Shown here: positions 9,262 to 20,207 of the stretch, one piece after another
Layout: the number at the start of each line of letters is the position of its first letter
Numbering within the stretch: the stretch's first letter is position 1
Assembly (NCBI GenBank): GCA_964484255.1
Contig: CAZAEH010000003.1
Coordinates: 19,937-83,936 of the forward strand
Direction: 5' to 3'
DNA: 64,000 bases
DNA from: an uncultured Planctomycetia bacterium
GTDB lineage: Bacteria; Omnitrophota; Gorgyraeia; Pluralincolimonadales; Pluralincolimonadaceae
Translations under genes and position numbers: made by a program
Notes under the pieces: generated by a model
Told to the model about the DNA's origin: nothing
The model's database searches: none
The model's input: only the letters and a program-made list of their open reading frames with translations

Positions 9262-11352
9262 ATGACCCAAAACATCAATACTAAAAAACAAGCCATATGC
9301 GATATCCCGGCGCGTTTCGTCAAGGGAGTAGGTCCCGCCAGGTCCGAAATACTCCGTAAGCTGGATATCGAGACGGTCGAAGACCTCCTTTATCATTTTC
9401 CCCGCCGCTATGAGGACCGCAGCCGTTTTGAACCTGTAAACAAGCTTAAGCCCGGGCTGCATGCGGCCGTGAAGGGTGAGGTTTTAACCTCCGGGGTGCG
9501 CCGGGGAGGTAAGATGGCCGTATATAAGATGGCTTTCGGGGACGAAACAGGTGTTATCTACGCGCTCTGGTTCAACCAGCCGTATATGAAGAACGTCTTC
9601 AAGGTCGGTGATAAGGTCATCTTGTATGGAAAGGTCGAGAGATATAAGGACCTTCAGATGGCGAACCCCGATTTCGAGATCATCAACGACCAGGGAAGCG
9701 AGACCATCCATACGGGAAGGATAGTGCCTATTTACCCGTTAACCGAAGGCATGAGCCAGAGGGGGATGAGGACGGTGATAAAAAACCTTCTAGACAGGTA
9801 TATCGGCGATGTGGAGGAGTTCATGCCTCCGGATATACTGAAGAGGAACAGTTTGCCGGGCATAAGGCAGGCGCTTTCAGACATTCATTTTCCTCCCGAC
9901 GAAACCTCCCGTAAGGTCGCATATGACAGGATAGTTTTTGACGAATTTTTTATACTGCAACTGGCGCTTGCCCGCAGGAGAGCGGGTTCCTTGTCTTCGG
10001 GTAACGGCATAATCCATAAGGCGGGAGGGGATTTGACGGCCTCGTTCATCCAACTGCTTCCTTTCAGGTTTACGGATGCCCAGAAGCGGGCTATAGATGA
10101 TATAGAGAAAGATATGGCCAGCAGCAAGCCGATGAGCCGCCTTCTTGAAGGGGATGTCGGCTCCGGCAAGACAATAGTTGCTGCATATGCGTTGGTGCTT
10201 ACGGTTTCCAATACCCACCAGGGGGCCTTGATGGCCCCCACTGAAATTTTAGCGCAGCAGCATTTCAATAACCTCAACAGGTTGCTTAGCCCTCTCGGGG
10301 TCAATATAGCCCTTCTTACCAACAGCATAACGGGAGAGGATCGCGAAGAGACACTTCGCATGATAAAAGAAGGCCAGGCCGATATAGTGGTTGGCACGCA
10401 TGCCCTGGTCCAGGAAGGGGTGGCTTTCAAAGATCTGGGCCTCGCCGTTATCGACGAACAGCATAAATTCGGCGTTGACCAGAGGTCGCAGTTGGGCCGC
10501 AAGGGTTTTAACCCGGACATGCTTTTTATGACCGCTACGCCTATTCCCAGGACGCTTGCCATGACGCTGTACGGAGACCTGGACCTATCCGTATTGAATG
10601 AGATGCCTCACGGACGGGTACCTTCAAAATCGTATTTGGTAGGAGAAGAGAAGCGTCAGGGAGTATATAAGTTCATATATCAGGAAGTATTGTCCGGGAA
10701 GCAAGCTTTTATAATATGTCCCCTTATAAGCAAGTCAAAGAACGAGGAGCTTAAGTCTGCCACCGAGATGTATGGAAGGTTCAGGGATTCGGTATTTCCA
10801 GGTCTGGACATAGGCTTGGTTCACGGACGGCTCGGTAGCGAGGAAAAAGAAAGGGTAATGTCGGGTTTTAAGTCGGGCAAGGTCCAAGTGCTTGTCTCTA
10901 CGACCGTTGTCGAAGTAGGAATAGACAATCCTAACGTATCGATCATGCTCATCGAGAATCCCGAAAGGTTCGGGTTGAGCCAGTTGCACCAGTTGCGCGG
11001 CAGGATAGGCAGGGGCAACCAGCGCTCTTACTGTATACTTATTTCAGATACGGAATCGGAAGCCGCGAAGAAACGCTTAAGGGCGCTTATTGGGACTACG
11101 AGCGGGTTTAATATAGCAGAGGAAGATCTCAATTTGCGAGGTCCGGGTCAGTTCTTTGGCGCAAGGCAGCATGGCCTCCCGGAACTCAAGTATGCCAATC
11201 TCGTTTCGAATGTCAAACAGCTTGAGTTGGCCAGGAAAGAGGCTTTCGGGCTCATGCGGTATGATACCGGACTCAAAAAGCCGGAAAACTCAGGGTTAAG
11301 GGAGGTTTTGAGGAGGAAATTCCCGGATGCGGATAACAAGCGGAACGCATAA
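9262..11352 (+). CDS. recG: ATP-dependent DNA helicase RecG
   Basis: 696 aa. N-terminal wedge/OB region, Walker A GDVGSGKT, DEQH box (VIDEQHKFG), helicase C motifs (QLHQLRGRIGRG). Confidence 0.9.
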   Translation: MTQNINTKKQAICDIPARFVKGVGPARSEILRKLDIETVEDLLYHFPRRYEDRSRFEPVNKLKPGLHAAVKGEVLTSGVRRGGKMAVYKMAFGDETGVIYALWFNQPYMKNVFKVGDKVILYGKVERYKDLQMANPDFEIINDQGSETIHTGRIVPIYPLTEGMSQRGMRTVIKNLLDRYIGDVEEFMPPDILKRNSLPGIRQALSDIHFPPDETSRKVAYDRIVFDEFFILQLALARRRAGSLSSGNGIIHKAGGDLTASFIQLLPFRFTDAQKRAIDDIEKDMASSKPMSRLLEGDVGSGKTIVAAYALVLTVSNTHQGALMAPTEILAQQHFNNLNRLLSPLGVNIALLTNSITGEDREETLRMIKEGQADIVVGTHALVQEGVAFKDLGLAVIDEQHKFGVDQRSQLGRKGFNPDMLFMTATPIPRTLAMTLYGDLDLSVLNEMPHGRVPSKSYLVGEEKRQGVYKFIYQEVLSGKQAFIICPLISKSKNEELKSATEMYGRFRDSVFPGLDIGLVHGRLGSEEKERVMSGFKSGKVQVLVSTTVVEVGIDNPNVSIMLIENPERFGLSQLHQLRGRIGRGNQRSYCILISDTESEAAKKRLRALIGTTSGFNIAEEDLNLRGPGQFFGARQHGLPELKYANLVSNVKQLELARKEAFGLMRYDTGLKKPENSGLREVLRRKFPDADNKRNA

Positions 11353-11890
11353 AAGCAGGATAATAAAGGCCCCCTCCAACATAAGGCCTACCCTTGATAA
11401 CGTCAGGAAGGCCATATTCGATATACTCGGCGAGTCCGTGAGGGGTTCAAAGGTATTGGATCTCTTTGCCGGTTCCGGGGCTCTCGGCATAGAGGCTATA
11501 AGCAGGGGCGCGGCCTCATGCACGTTCGTGGATAACAGCAGGGCTTCTATCAAGGCGATAAAAGACAACCTCGGCTTGCTTGGGCTTGTTTCGGGAATAC
11601 GGGCCCCGTATCCAGCGGCCGTTATATACGCAGATTCTTCCGCAGCCATTGAAAGGCTCTCCAGGGATGCCGCGGCCTTCGATATAGTGTTGATAGACCC
11701 GCCTTATTACAAGGATTTGGCCAAAAAAACCTTGTTTTTGCTTGGCGATTATGATATATTGTCTGCGACTGGCGTAGCGGTCATAGAGCATTCCAAGCAT
11801 GATCGGATGCCCGATTCAAGCGGGAGTTTAAAGCTCTTGCGTACTGCCAGGTACGGCGATACGCTGGTTTCATTTTACCGCAAGGATTAA
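11327..11890 (+). CDS. rsmD: 16S rRNA (guanine966-N2)-methyltransferase RsmD
   Basis: MRITSGTHKSRIIKAPSNIRPTLDNVRKAIFDIL…LDLFAGSGALGIEAISRGA…LIDPPY is the RsmD signature. Overlaps the recG 3' end. Confidence 0.85.
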   Translation: MRITSGTHKSRIIKAPSNIRPTLDNVRKAIFDILGESVRGSKVLDLFAGSGALGIEAISRGAASCTFVDNSRASIKAIKDNLGLLGLVSGIRAPYPAAVIYADSSAAIERLSRDAAAFDIVLIDPPYYKDLAKKTLFLLGDYDILSATGVAVIEHSKHDRMPDSSGSLKLLRTARYGDTLVSFYRKD

Positions 11891-11900
11891 AAGGCAAACC

Positions 11901-12380
11901 ATGAAGAAAAAAGCGGTCTATCCAGGGACTTTCGATCCGGTCACATACGGTCACATAGATCTGATTAAAAGGGCCCTGAAGATCTTTGATACGGTTGTGA
12001 TAGCCGTGGCGCGTAATGCCGAAAAGAAGCCCCTGTTCAGCGTGGAAGAGAGGCTATCCATGCTCAGGCAAGCGACTAAGGGCATGAGGGGGGTCGAAAT
12101 AGAAAGTTTCGACAACCTTGCCGTAGACTATGTCAGGGGAAAAGGCTCCGTTGTCATGGTGCGCGGGCTCAGGATGTTGTCGGACTTCGAATATGAGTTC
12201 CAGATGGCCCTTACTAACAGGAAACTTGCCCAGGATATAGAGACGATATTCATGATGCCTTCGGAGTCTTACTCGTACATCTCATCGAAACTTATAAAGG
12301 AAGCGTTCGCTTTTGGAGCCGATGTAAAGGATTTTGTCCCGCCTTTCGTCGCCAAAGCCTTGACGCGCAAACTAAGATGA
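11901..12380 (+). CDS. coaD: phosphopantetheine adenylyltransferase
   Basis: AVYPGTFDPVTYGHIDLIKRA (H/T-x-GH nucleotidyltransferase motif). 159 aa. Confidence 0.9.
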   Translation: MKKKAVYPGTFDPVTYGHIDLIKRALKIFDTVVIAVARNAEKKPLFSVEERLSMLRQATKGMRGVEIESFDNLAVDYVRGKGSVVMVRGLRMLSDFEYEFQMALTNRKLAQDIETIFMMPSESYSYISSKLIKEAFAFGADVKDFVPPFVAKALTRKLR

Positions 12381-12823
12381 AGATAAAGGTCAATGATATA
12401 CCGCAGGAAGGGTTGACGCTTGAGGAACAGCATGATGCCGCGGCCCTTGACCTGGCAAGGGACGACCTTAAGTTTGTAACGCCCATAGCATTAAAGGCGT
12501 TCATAACGCGCGACAAGGATGATGTCTATGCGCATGTCTCGGCCGGCGGCAGGATAGAAGCGATATGCGGCCGTTGCCTCGCGGCATACATTATAGATTT
12601 CAACAAGGAATTCGATTTCAGCTATGACGTCAAGGGGAAGACTATCCTGGATCTGACCGATGATATAAGGCAGGAAATAATATTGGAGTATCCGGTAAAA
12701 CCCCTTTGCAGCGAAAACTGCAAAGGACTCTGCCAGGTTTGCGGCAAGAACCTGAACGAAGGTGATTGCGGGCACAAACCGGATGCGGACAGGTGGAGCG
12801 AAGCCAAGAAAAGCGGCAATTAA
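12377..12823 (+). CDS. yceD: YceD/DUF177 family protein (large-subunit ribosomal accumulation protein)
   Basis: 148 aa with C-terminal CSENCKGLCQVCGKNLNEGDCGH cysteine cluster. Sits immediately upstream of rpmF-plsX as in the conserved yceD-rpmF-plsX-fab cluster. Confidence 0.75.
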   Translation: MKIKVNDIPQEGLTLEEQHDAAALDLARDDLKFVTPIALKAFITRDKDDVYAHVSAGGRIEAICGRCLAAYIIDFNKEFDFSYDVKGKTILDLTDDIRQEIILEYPVKPLCSENCKGLCQVCGKNLNEGDCGHKPDADRWSEAKKSGN

Positions 12824-12840
12824 CGAAGGAGAAGAGATAA

Positions 12841-13038
12841 ATGGCACTACCAAAAAGAAAACATTCAAAAGCAAGGCGTGACAAATCGCGTACCCATCAG
12901 GTACTTTCAGCGCCGGCCGTATCTAAATGCCCCCAATGTTTTGCGTATGTAAAATCACACCACGCATGCCCCAGCTGCGGTTATTACAAAGGACGCAAAG
13001 TCCTTGACGTTAAGGTCAAGGAAGAGAAGAAGAAATGA
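12841..13038 (+). CDS. rpmF: 50S ribosomal protein L32
   Basis: MALPKRKHSKARRDKSRTH…CPQC…CPSCGYYKGRKV; GGAGAAGAG RBS upstream. Confidence 0.9.
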   Translation: MALPKRKHSKARRDKSRTHQVLSAPAVSKCPQCFAYVKSHHACPSCGYYKGRKVLDVKVKEEKKK

Positions 13039-14027
13039 GGATAGCCGTCGATGGCATGGGCGGTGATTATGCCCCGAAGGTAGTTGTCGAAGGGGCGGTC
13101 CAAGCCGCGTTAGAGTACGGTTCCGATATAATTTTGGTGGGAGACAAGGCCAGGCTTGAGGCCGAACTCAAGAAGATAGGCCATGTCCCTTCCAATGTAA
13201 GAATACACCATGCTTCCGAGGTCATAGACATGCATGAGCCCGGCGCAGCCAGTGCCAGGGCTAAAAAGGATTCCTCTATATGCGTTGCAACCGAACTTGC
13301 CAAAGAGGGCAAGGCCGATGCCGTTGTATCCGCCGGAAATACGGCAGCCTTTGTAAGCGCGGCTATGCTGTCTCTCAGGAGGCTTCCGGGAGTGGAACGC
13401 CCCGGCATAGCGATACCGTTGCCGTCTATTAAGGGCCCTGTATTACTTATAGATGTGGGCGCAACTATAAACCCCGAACCCGAGCACCTTATGGGATTCG
13501 GTTTGATGGGTGACGTATACGCAAGGCAGATATTCGGGAGGAAAAACCCCTCCATAGGCCTTCTTAATATAGGGGAAGAATCGTCGAAGGGGCCTGATTA
13601 CCTAAAAAAGACCCACCAGCTGCTGGAATCAAGCAAGCTTAATTTCAAAGGAAATGCCGAAGGCAAGGATATCTTTACCGGTGTTTTTGACGTTGTAGTA
13701 TGCGACGGTTATACCGGTAATGTGGTCCTGAAGGTCTCGGAATCCATAGCTTCTACCATAGCGTCCTTCATAAAAGACCAGATCAAGAGAGACCCGTTAA
13801 GGATAATCGGCGGATTATTGACCAAGCCGGCATTGGAAGCCGTGAAGAAGCAGATAGACTACGCGGAATACGGCGGCGCTCCCCTGTTGGGTGTCAACGG
13901 GATATGCATAATAAGCCATGGGCGTTCTTCAGCCAAGGCTATAAAGAACGCCATAAGGGTTGCCGGGGAATTCGTAGACCACAAGGTAAACAGTCACATC
14001 CTCGATTCGATAAACAATCCCAAATGA
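13035..14027 (+). CDS. plsX: phosphate acyltransferase PlsX
   Basis: MRIAVDGMGGDYAPKVVVEGA… typical PlsX N-terminus. 330 aa. Confidence 0.9.
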   Translation: MRIAVDGMGGDYAPKVVVEGAVQAALEYGSDIILVGDKARLEAELKKIGHVPSNVRIHHASEVIDMHEPGAASARAKKDSSICVATELAKEGKADAVVSAGNTAAFVSAAMLSLRRLPGVERPGIAIPLPSIKGPVLLIDVGATINPEPEHLMGFGLMGDVYARQIFGRKNPSIGLLNIGEESSKGPDYLKKTHQLLESSKLNFKGNAEGKDIFTGVFDVVVCDGYTGNVVLKVSESIASTIASFIKDQIKRDPLRIIGGLLTKPALEAVKKQIDYAEYGGAPLLGVNGICIISHGRSSAKAIKNAIRVAGEFVDHKVNSHILDSINNPK

Positions 14028-15007
14028 TGAAGACAAAAGCCGGAATTATAGGTCTGGGGGCATATCTGCCCGAGAAGGTCATGACCAATGCCGATCTCGA
14101 GAAAATTGTAGAGACTTCGGATGAGTGGATCCGCACAAGGACAGGTATATCCGAGAGGAGGATAGCTCATAAAGAAGAGACTACCTCGGACCTGGCCGCG
14201 CACGCCGCCCGCATGGCCCTCAAGGATGCAAAGCTTGAGCCTGAGGATATAGAGCTTATCATACTCGCCACTATAACGCCGGATATGCCTTTTCCGGCTA
14301 CAAGCTGTTTCGTGCAGGCCAAACTTGGGGCGAAGAACGCAGCTTGTTTTGACATCAACGCGGCTTGTTCGGGCTTTATCCACGAGCTTACGATAGCCCA
14401 GCAGTTCATCGAGACGGGGATGTATAAAAGGATACTTGTCATAGGCGTTGAACTGTTGTCGCGTTTTATAGATTGGAATGACCGTTCGACGTGTGTCTTG
14501 TTCGGTGACGGGGCAGGTGCCGCTGTCATAGCGCCCGTTGAGTCGGGAGGACTTTTGTCATCTTATCTCGGTGCGGACGGGACCAAAAGCAGGCTGCTTA
14601 TGTTCCCGGCAGGGGGCTCAGTCAATCCGGCTTCGCATGAGACCGTAACACAAGGATTGCATTTCCTTAAGATGGAAGGCAACGAGGTCTTCAAGAATGC
14701 GGTACGGGTCATGACCGATGCAGTGAACAAGGCCATCGAAAGAGCCGGGCTTACGACGAAGGATATCGATTGTATAATACCTCACCAGGCCAACAGGAGG
14801 ATAATAGAAGCCGTTATTGAACGCGTGGGTATAGCTTCCGATAAGGCGTTCGTAAACGTGGAAAGATACGGGAATATGTCGGCGGCTTCCGCTATAGTTG
14901 CCTTGTATGAAGCCGTAAAAGAAGGCAGGGTAAAGAAGGGCGATAAGGTGCTTATGGTCGCTTTCGGCAGCGGTTTTGTATGGGGGTCATGCGTCATAGA
15001 ATGGTAG
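14024..15007 (+). CDS. fabH: 3-oxoacyl-ACP synthase III
   Basis: MMKTKAGIIGLGAYLPEKVMTNADLEKIVETSDEWIRTRTGI…, active-site Cys region AACSGF. ATGATGA overlap with the plsX stop. The upstream 40 codons of the track ORF (from 13904) lie inside plsX and are rejected. Confidence 0.9.
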   Translation: MMKTKAGIIGLGAYLPEKVMTNADLEKIVETSDEWIRTRTGISERRIAHKEETTSDLAAHAARMALKDAKLEPEDIELIILATITPDMPFPATSCFVQAKLGAKNAACFDINAACSGFIHELTIAQQFIETGMYKRILVIGVELLSRFIDWNDRSTCVLFGDGAGAAVIAPVESGGLLSSYLGADGTKSRLLMFPAGGSVNPASHETVTQGLHFLKMEGNEVFKNAVRVMTDAVNKAIERAGLTTKDIDCIIPHQANRRIIEAVIERVGIASDKAFVNVERYGNMSAASAIVALYEAVKEGRVKKGDKVLMVAFGSGFVWGSCVIEW

Positions 15008-15936
15008 ATACTGCCATAATTTTCCCGGGACAGGGCGCCCAGTATGTCGGAATGGGCAGGGAGCTATACGGGCAATTCCCCTCTTCAAAGGTCATCTTCG
15101 AAAAAGCCAATAACATCCTCGGTTTTGATATAGCAAAATTATGTTTCGAAGGGCCCAAGGAGGAGTTGACAAGGACGGATATATGCCAGCCGGCTATATT
15201 GACGGCTTCGATAGCCGCACTGAGGGCCCTTGAATCGGTTCTTGAGATCCCGGTTGTCCCGAAGGCCGTGTTGGGACTCAGTCTTGGTGAGTATACCGCG
15301 CTCGTTGCGGCCGGTTCGATGTCTTTTGACGATGCAGTAGCGCTTGTAAGAAAACGCGGCCAATTCATGGAAGAGGCCTCGAAACAGAATCCCGGGACCA
15401 TGGCTTCGGTAATAGGCCTTTCACTGGAAGAGACCAGGAAAGTATGCATGGAAACGGGCGCAGAGATAGCTAACCTGAACTCCCCGGGCCAAATAGTGAT
15501 ATCAGGAACGAAGGTTAATGTGGAGGCGGCTTCCAGTTCAGCCAGGCAGAGAGGGGCAAGGAAGGTTATCCCGCTTGATGTAAGCGGCGCTTTCCATTCA
15601 AGCCTTATGGAGCCTGCGGCATTGAAACTTGCCGCTGAAGTAGATAAGGTCGAAATAAAGCCGCCCAAGATACCGGTTGTAACGAATGTCAATGCCGGTT
15701 TCGAGGAGTCTCCGGATGAGATAAAGTCCAATCTCGTAGCCCAAGTGAAATCGTCCGTGCTTTGGGAGGATTCCATAAAGGCGCTTTCCGGGCGCGGGAT
15801 AAAAAGATATATAGAAGTGGGCCCGGGCAAGGTCCTGGCGGGATTGCTAAGAAGGATAGATCCTACGCTTGAATGCCTTAACGTAGAGGCATCTTCCGAT
15901 GTCTTGTCCGTGAAAGATGCTTTATTGCATGAGTAA
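15001..15936 (+). CDS. fabD: ACP S-malonyltransferase
   Basis: MVDTAIIFPGQGAQYVGMG…GLSLGEYTALVAAG (GxSxG nucleophile elbow). Start chosen at the ATG at 15001 overlapping the fabH stop; earlier in-frame starts are possible. Confidence 0.85.
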   Translation: MVDTAIIFPGQGAQYVGMGRELYGQFPSSKVIFEKANNILGFDIAKLCFEGPKEELTRTDICQPAILTASIAALRALESVLEIPVVPKAVLGLSLGEYTALVAAGSMSFDDAVALVRKRGQFMEEASKQNPGTMASVIGLSLEETRKVCMETGAEIANLNSPGQIVISGTKVNVEAASSSARQRGARKVIPLDVSGAFHSSLMEPAALKLAAEVDKVEIKPPKIPVVTNVNAGFEESPDEIKSNLVAQVKSSVLWEDSIKALSGRGIKRYIEVGPGKVLAGLLRRIDPTLECLNVEASSDVLSVKDALLHE

Positions 15937-15951
15937 AGAGAGGAGACGGCT

Positions 15952-16692
15952 ATGATATTTAAGGACAGGGTTTGCTTAATAACCGGAGGGGCGAGGGGGA
16001 TAGGCAGGGAAATAGCCCTGGCTTTTGCGAAAGAAGGCTGCGACATAGTCCTTTGCGACGTGAATCAGGATGCCTTGGACTCCACGAGCAAGGAGATAGA
16101 GTCCTTGGGGCGCAAGAGTGCCACTTTTGTCGTAGACGTGACCAACCTCTCGCAGGTCGAGGATATGGTCAATAAGACGCTTGACAAATTTCAGAAAATC
16201 GATATACTGATTAACAACGCAGGCATAACCAGAGACGCTTTGATTGTCCGCATGAGCGAGCAGGAGTTCGATTCAGTAATTGCCGTAAACCTAAAGGGGA
16301 CATTTAATTGCACAAAGGCGATCTCAAAGGTTATGATGAGGCAGCGTTACGGTAAGATAGTTTCCATCGCCTCGATAATCGGTATAATGGGCAATGCCGG
16401 GCAGGCCAATTATGCGGCCTCTAAGGCGGGGATAATAGGGATCACAAAGAGCGTAGCGAAAGAACTGGCATCAAGGAACGTTAACGTGAATGCTATCGCT
16501 CCGGGCTTCATAGCCACAGACATGACCGCAAAGCTTCCTGAAAACGTGAAAGCCCAGATGCTGTCGATGATCCCATTAAATAGATTCGGTAAAGCGAGCG
16601 ACGTAGCTGAACTGGCGATGTTCCTGGCATCTGACGCGTCGTCATACATAACAGGACAGGTAATAAAGATTGACGGCGGGATGGTCATGTAG
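15952..16692 (+). CDS. fabG: 3-oxoacyl-ACP reductase
   Basis: SDR motifs TGGARGIG, NNAG, S…YAASK. Confidence 0.85.
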   Translation: MIFKDRVCLITGGARGIGREIALAFAKEGCDIVLCDVNQDALDSTSKEIESLGRKSATFVVDVTNLSQVEDMVNKTLDKFQKIDILINNAGITRDALIVRMSEQEFDSVIAVNLKGTFNCTKAISKVMMRQRYGKIVSIASIIGIMGNAGQANYAASKAGIIGITKSVAKELASRNVNVNAIAPGFIATDMTAKLPENVKAQMLSMIPLNRFGKASDVAELAMFLASDASSYITGQVIKIDGGMVM

Positions 16693-16716
16693 TCAACCCA
16701 ACAAGGAGGAGAGTAC

Positions 16717-16962
16717 ATGTCGGCTGTTGCAGATAAAGTTAGAGAGATAATAGCGAAGCAGTTAGGTGTGAAGCTGGAAGAAGTTACCCCCCAGGCGACG
16801 TTCATAGATGACCTTGGCGCGGATTCGCTCGATACGGTCGAGATCGTCATGGCGCTTGAGGAAGAGTTCAAGGCAGAGATACCCGATGAGGACGCCGAGA
16901 AGATGAAGACAGTAGGCGAAGCCATCAAGTATATAGAAGAAAAGACCGGAAACAAGGCCTAA
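16717..16962 (+). CDS. acpP: acyl carrier protein
   Basis: 81 aa with [19 protein letters not shown] (phosphopantetheine-attachment Ser in DSL). Confidence 0.9.
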   Translation: MSAVADKVREIIAKQLGVKLEEVTPQATFIDDLGADSLDTVEIVMALEEEFKAEIPDEDAEKMKTVGEAIKYIEEKTGNKA

Positions 16963-16971
16963 TACAGCTTA

Positions 16972-18219
16972 ATGGAGAGAAGAAGAGTAGTAGTAACGGG
17001 CCTTGGAGCCGTTACACCCGTAGGCAATACCAAGGATGAGTTTTGGACATCCTTGCTTGCGGGCAAAAGCGGCGCCGGAAGGATTACGCAATTCGATCCC
17101 ACCGGATTTGACAGCCAGATAGCCTGCGAGGTTAAGGGATTCGATCCCTCCCTTCATATAAGCAATCCGAAGGATATCAGGAGAATGGACCGGTTTGTCC
17201 AATTCGCGGTCTGTTGTTCCAAGATGGCCATCGAGGATTCCGGACTTGATATTTCAAAAGAGGACCCTTACAGGATAGGGGTCCTCGTGGGTTCGGGTAT
17301 AGGGGGGTTGAAGGTCATACAGGACCAGACCCTCATCTGGAAGGAAAAAGGTCCCTCCAGGCTGGCTCCGTTGCTCATCCCCATGCTTATAGTGAATATG
17401 GCGCCCGGCCAGATATCCATCCAGTTCGGCCTGAAAGGCCCGAACTCCTGTGTCGCTACTGCATGTGCTACCGGTAATCATTCAATAGGAGAAGCCCTCA
17501 GGCTTATACAGCACGGTTACGCCGATGTCATGTTGGCCGGCGGGACAGAGGCGGCGATAGTGCCGACGGGAGTCGGAGGTTTTTGCGCGCTTACGGCGCT
17601 TTCAAAGAGAAATAACGAACCCGAAAAAGCAAGCAGGCCGTTCGACAAGGACAGGGACGGATTTGTTATCGGTGAGGGCTGTGGTATAGCTATGATAGAG
17701 TCCCTGGAACACGCGCGGAAGCGCGGGGCTAAGATATATGCCGAGCTGGCCGGTTACGGTATGTCCGGCGATGCCTATCACATGACTGCGCCCGACCCTA
17801 AAGGGGAAGGGGCCGCGATGTGCATGAGGCTTGCTTTGCAGGATGGAGGATTGACGGTCGGAGACGTATCATATATAAACGCGCACGGCACCTCCACAGA
17901 ATTAAATGATAAGATAGAGTCCTTGGCCATAAAGAAGGTATTCGGCGACAGGGCGTATAAGATACCCGTCAGCTCGACCAAGTCTATGACGGGCCATTGC
18001 CTCGGTGCCGCGGGGGGGATCGAATTTATCGCCTGCACGATGGCCGTAAAGGAGGATATAATACCTCCTACCATGAATTACGAGACGCAGGATCCTGATT
18101 GTGATCTCGATTATGTCCCAAATAAAGCAAGGAAGGCCAAGGTGGATGTGGCGATATCTAATGCCTTCGGTTTCGGCGGGCACAACGCCTGCGTCGCCGT
18201 TAAGAAGTTCCTTCCGTAA
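16972..18219 (+). CDS. fabF: 3-oxoacyl-ACP synthase II
   Basis: 415 aa. Active-site Cys region and HGTSTELND / GHCLGAAGG motifs typical of KAS II. Confidence 0.9.
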   Translation: MERRRVVVTGLGAVTPVGNTKDEFWTSLLAGKSGAGRITQFDPTGFDSQIACEVKGFDPSLHISNPKDIRRMDRFVQFAVCCSKMAIEDSGLDISKEDPYRIGVLVGSGIGGLKVIQDQTLIWKEKGPSRLAPLLIPMLIVNMAPGQISIQFGLKGPNSCVATACATGNHSIGEALRLIQHGYADVMLAGGTEAAIVPTGVGGFCALTALSKRNNEPEKASRPFDKDRDGFVIGEGCGIAMIESLEHARKRGAKIYAELAGYGMSGDAYHMTAPDPKGEGAAMCMRLALQDGGLTVGDVSYINAHGTSTELNDKIESLAIKKVFGDRAYKIPVSSTKSMTGHCLGAAGGIEFIACTMAVKEDIIPPTMNYETQDPDCDLDYVPNKARKAKVDVAISNAFGFGGHNACVAVKKFLP

Positions 18220-18245
18220 CCCGAATAATTCGCAAAAGGGGTGAT

Positions 18246-19403
18246 ATGATGGATTATTTACTTACAGAGCAGCAGATCATGGTGCGCGATCTGGCGCGCA
18301 AGATAGCGAAAGAAAAGATCACGCCCGTCGCGGCCGAGCATGATGAAAAAGAGACTTTTCCCTGGGAGATCATGAAGGTCATGGCGGAATCCGACCTTTG
18401 CGGCGTTTACATCGAGGAAAAGTACGGAGGTTTAGGCGGCGGCGCTATGGAGCTTTGCCTTGTGACCGAAGAACTTTCGCGCGCGTGCGGCGGTATTGCC
18501 ATATGTTTTGCTGCCACGGCCCTCGGGACGTACCCCATAATATTGTTCGGCAACGATGAACAAAAACAGAAATACCTCCCGGATATAGCGAGCGGAAAGA
18601 AGCTTGCCGCTTTTGCATTGACCGAGGCCGGCGCAGGCTCTGATGCCGGTGCCATAGCCACGACAGCCAGGAAAGAGGGCGATCATTATGTCCTTAATGG
18701 CGTTAAACAATGGATAACCAACGGCGGTGAAGCGGAAGTCTACACCGTCATAGCGATGACCGACAGGGAAAAAGGCGCGCGCGGGGCCAGCGCTTTTATT
18801 GTTGAGAAGGGTACGCCGGGCTTCGATTTCGGGAAGAAAGAGAAGAAACTCGGTATACGCGCTTCTGCTACCCGTGAACTTGTATTTAATGAATGCAAGA
18901 TCCCTAAGGCGAATTTGCTGGGGCGCGAAGGTATGGGATTCATTGTAGCGATGAAGACTTTTGATAAATCGCGTCCCGGTGTAGCAGCTCAGGCGGTAGG
19001 CATCGCCCAGGGGGCTTTGGACCACGCGGTAAAATATTCGCGTGAACGTAAACAATTCGGCAAGACGATATCGTCGTTCCAGGGGTTGCAGTTCATGCTG
19101 GCCGACATGGCTACAGAAGTCGAGGCGGCCCGGGCCCTTACTTATTCGGTTGCCAGGATGGTAGATACCGGGGCCAAGGATGTCTCTAAGGTCTCCGCGA
19201 TGGCCAAACTTTTCGCTTCGGACACGGCGATGAAAGTCACTACCGATGCCATACAGGTCCTGGGCGGGTACGGTTATATGCGCGATTACCCCGTAGAGAA
19301 ATATATGCGCGATGCCAAGATAACCCAGATATATGAGGGCACTAACCAGATCCAGCGCAATGTCATAGCGTTGGAATTACTGAAAGAGCAGTTAAGAGGA
19401 TGA
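18246..19403 (+). CDS. short-chain (butyryl-CoA-type) acyl-CoA dehydrogenase
   Basis: 385 aa. ACAD fold motifs …[35 protein letters not shown] at the C-terminus. Confidence 0.8.
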   Translation: MMDYLLTEQQIMVRDLARKIAKEKITPVAAEHDEKETFPWEIMKVMAESDLCGVYIEEKYGGLGGGAMELCLVTEELSRACGGIAICFAATALGTYPIILFGNDEQKQKYLPDIASGKKLAAFALTEAGAGSDAGAIATTARKEGDHYVLNGVKQWITNGGEAEVYTVIAMTDREKGARGASAFIVEKGTPGFDFGKKEKKLGIRASATRELVFNECKIPKANLLGREGMGFIVAMKTFDKSRPGVAAQAVGIAQGALDHAVKYSRERKQFGKTISSFQGLQFMLADMATEVEAARALTYSVARMVDTGAKDVSKVSAMAKLFASDTAMKVTTDAIQVLGGYGYMRDYPVEKYMRDAKITQIYEGTNQIQRNVIALELLKEQLRG

Positions 19404-20206
19404 ACATAATAGTTTGCATCAAACAGGTCCCGGACACCCAGGACATAAGGATAAATCCCGAGACGAACACCCTGATGCGCGAGGGCGTGCAGTCGATAGT
19501 CAACCCCTTCGATATGTACGCTATCGAAGAGGCCCTGAGGATAAAAGAAAGGCTTGGCGCCGCGTCAACGAAAGTGACGGTTTTGAGCATGGGCCCGTCT
19601 CAGGCTGAAGAAGCGTTGCGCGAGGCTGTATCCATGGGCGCCGATGAGATGGTCCTTATGAGCGATCGCGCTTTTGCGGGTTCGGATACCTGGGCCACGA
19701 GTTATACGCTTGCAAAAGGCATACAGAAGCTAGGGAAGTTCGATCTTATCATCTGCGGCAAACAGGCTATAGACGGGGACACCGCGCAGGTTGGGCCCGG
19801 GATCGCGGCTACATTGGATATACCGCAGGTCACATATGTAAAGAAGACCGAGGACATAAAAGAAGGCTTGGCCAAGTTCGAGAGGATGACCGAAGAGGGT
19901 TATGAAGTCATAGAGACCCCCTTGCCTTGCCTGATAACTGTCGTAAAAGAGATAAACATACCGCGTTTACCGTCGCTTAAGGGGAAGATAAAAGCCAAGC
20001 AGTCGAAGGCGGCAGTCCTGGCCGCGAAAGATATAGAGGCTGACCCGGACAGGCTCGGCCTTAAAGGTTCCCCGACAGTCGTGAAAAAGATCTTTACGCC
20101 CCCGAAGAGGACCGGAGGCCAGGTATTGCAGGGAGAGGTCCCTGATATCGTGAATAAATTAGCGGATTCCATAAAAGACGTAGTCATATCGGTGAGCAAA
20201 ACATAA
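19400..20206 (+). CDS. etfB: electron transfer flavoprotein beta subunit
   Basis: [30 protein letters not shown]… Contains [13 protein letters not shown]-coupled to the acyl-CoA dehydrogenase gene. Confidence 0.8.
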   Translation: MNIIVCIKQVPDTQDIRINPETNTLMREGVQSIVNPFDMYAIEEALRIKERLGAASTKVTVLSMGPSQAEEALREAVSMGADEMVLMSDRAFAGSDTWATSYTLAKGIQKLGKFDLIICGKQAIDGDTAQVGPGIAATLDIPQVTYVKKTEDIKEGLAKFERMTEEGYEVIETPLPCLITVVKEINIPRLPSLKGKIKAKQSKAAVLAAKDIEADPDRLGLKGSPTVVKKIFTPPKRTGGQVLQGEVPDIVNKLADSIKDVVISVSKT

Positions 20207-20207
20207 A

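Noticed and set aside
9223-9462. Upstream 80 codons of the minus-strand ORF containing rpmB
   Set aside because: Only the last 75 codons match ribosomal protein L28, and they have their own AAGGAGA RBS and ATG at 9222. The extension overlaps the recG start region and is frame luck.
13904-14023. 5' extension of the fabH ORF
   Set aside because: It lies within plsX in another frame. The conserved FabH N-terminus begins at MMKTKAGIIG (ATG 14024/14027) in an ATGATGA overlap with the plsX stop.
14994-16046. 350-aa minus-strand ORF antisense to fabD
   Set aside because: Ser/Ala/Pro-rich low-complexity translation overlapping a well-supported + strand gene. This is the classic shadow ORF.
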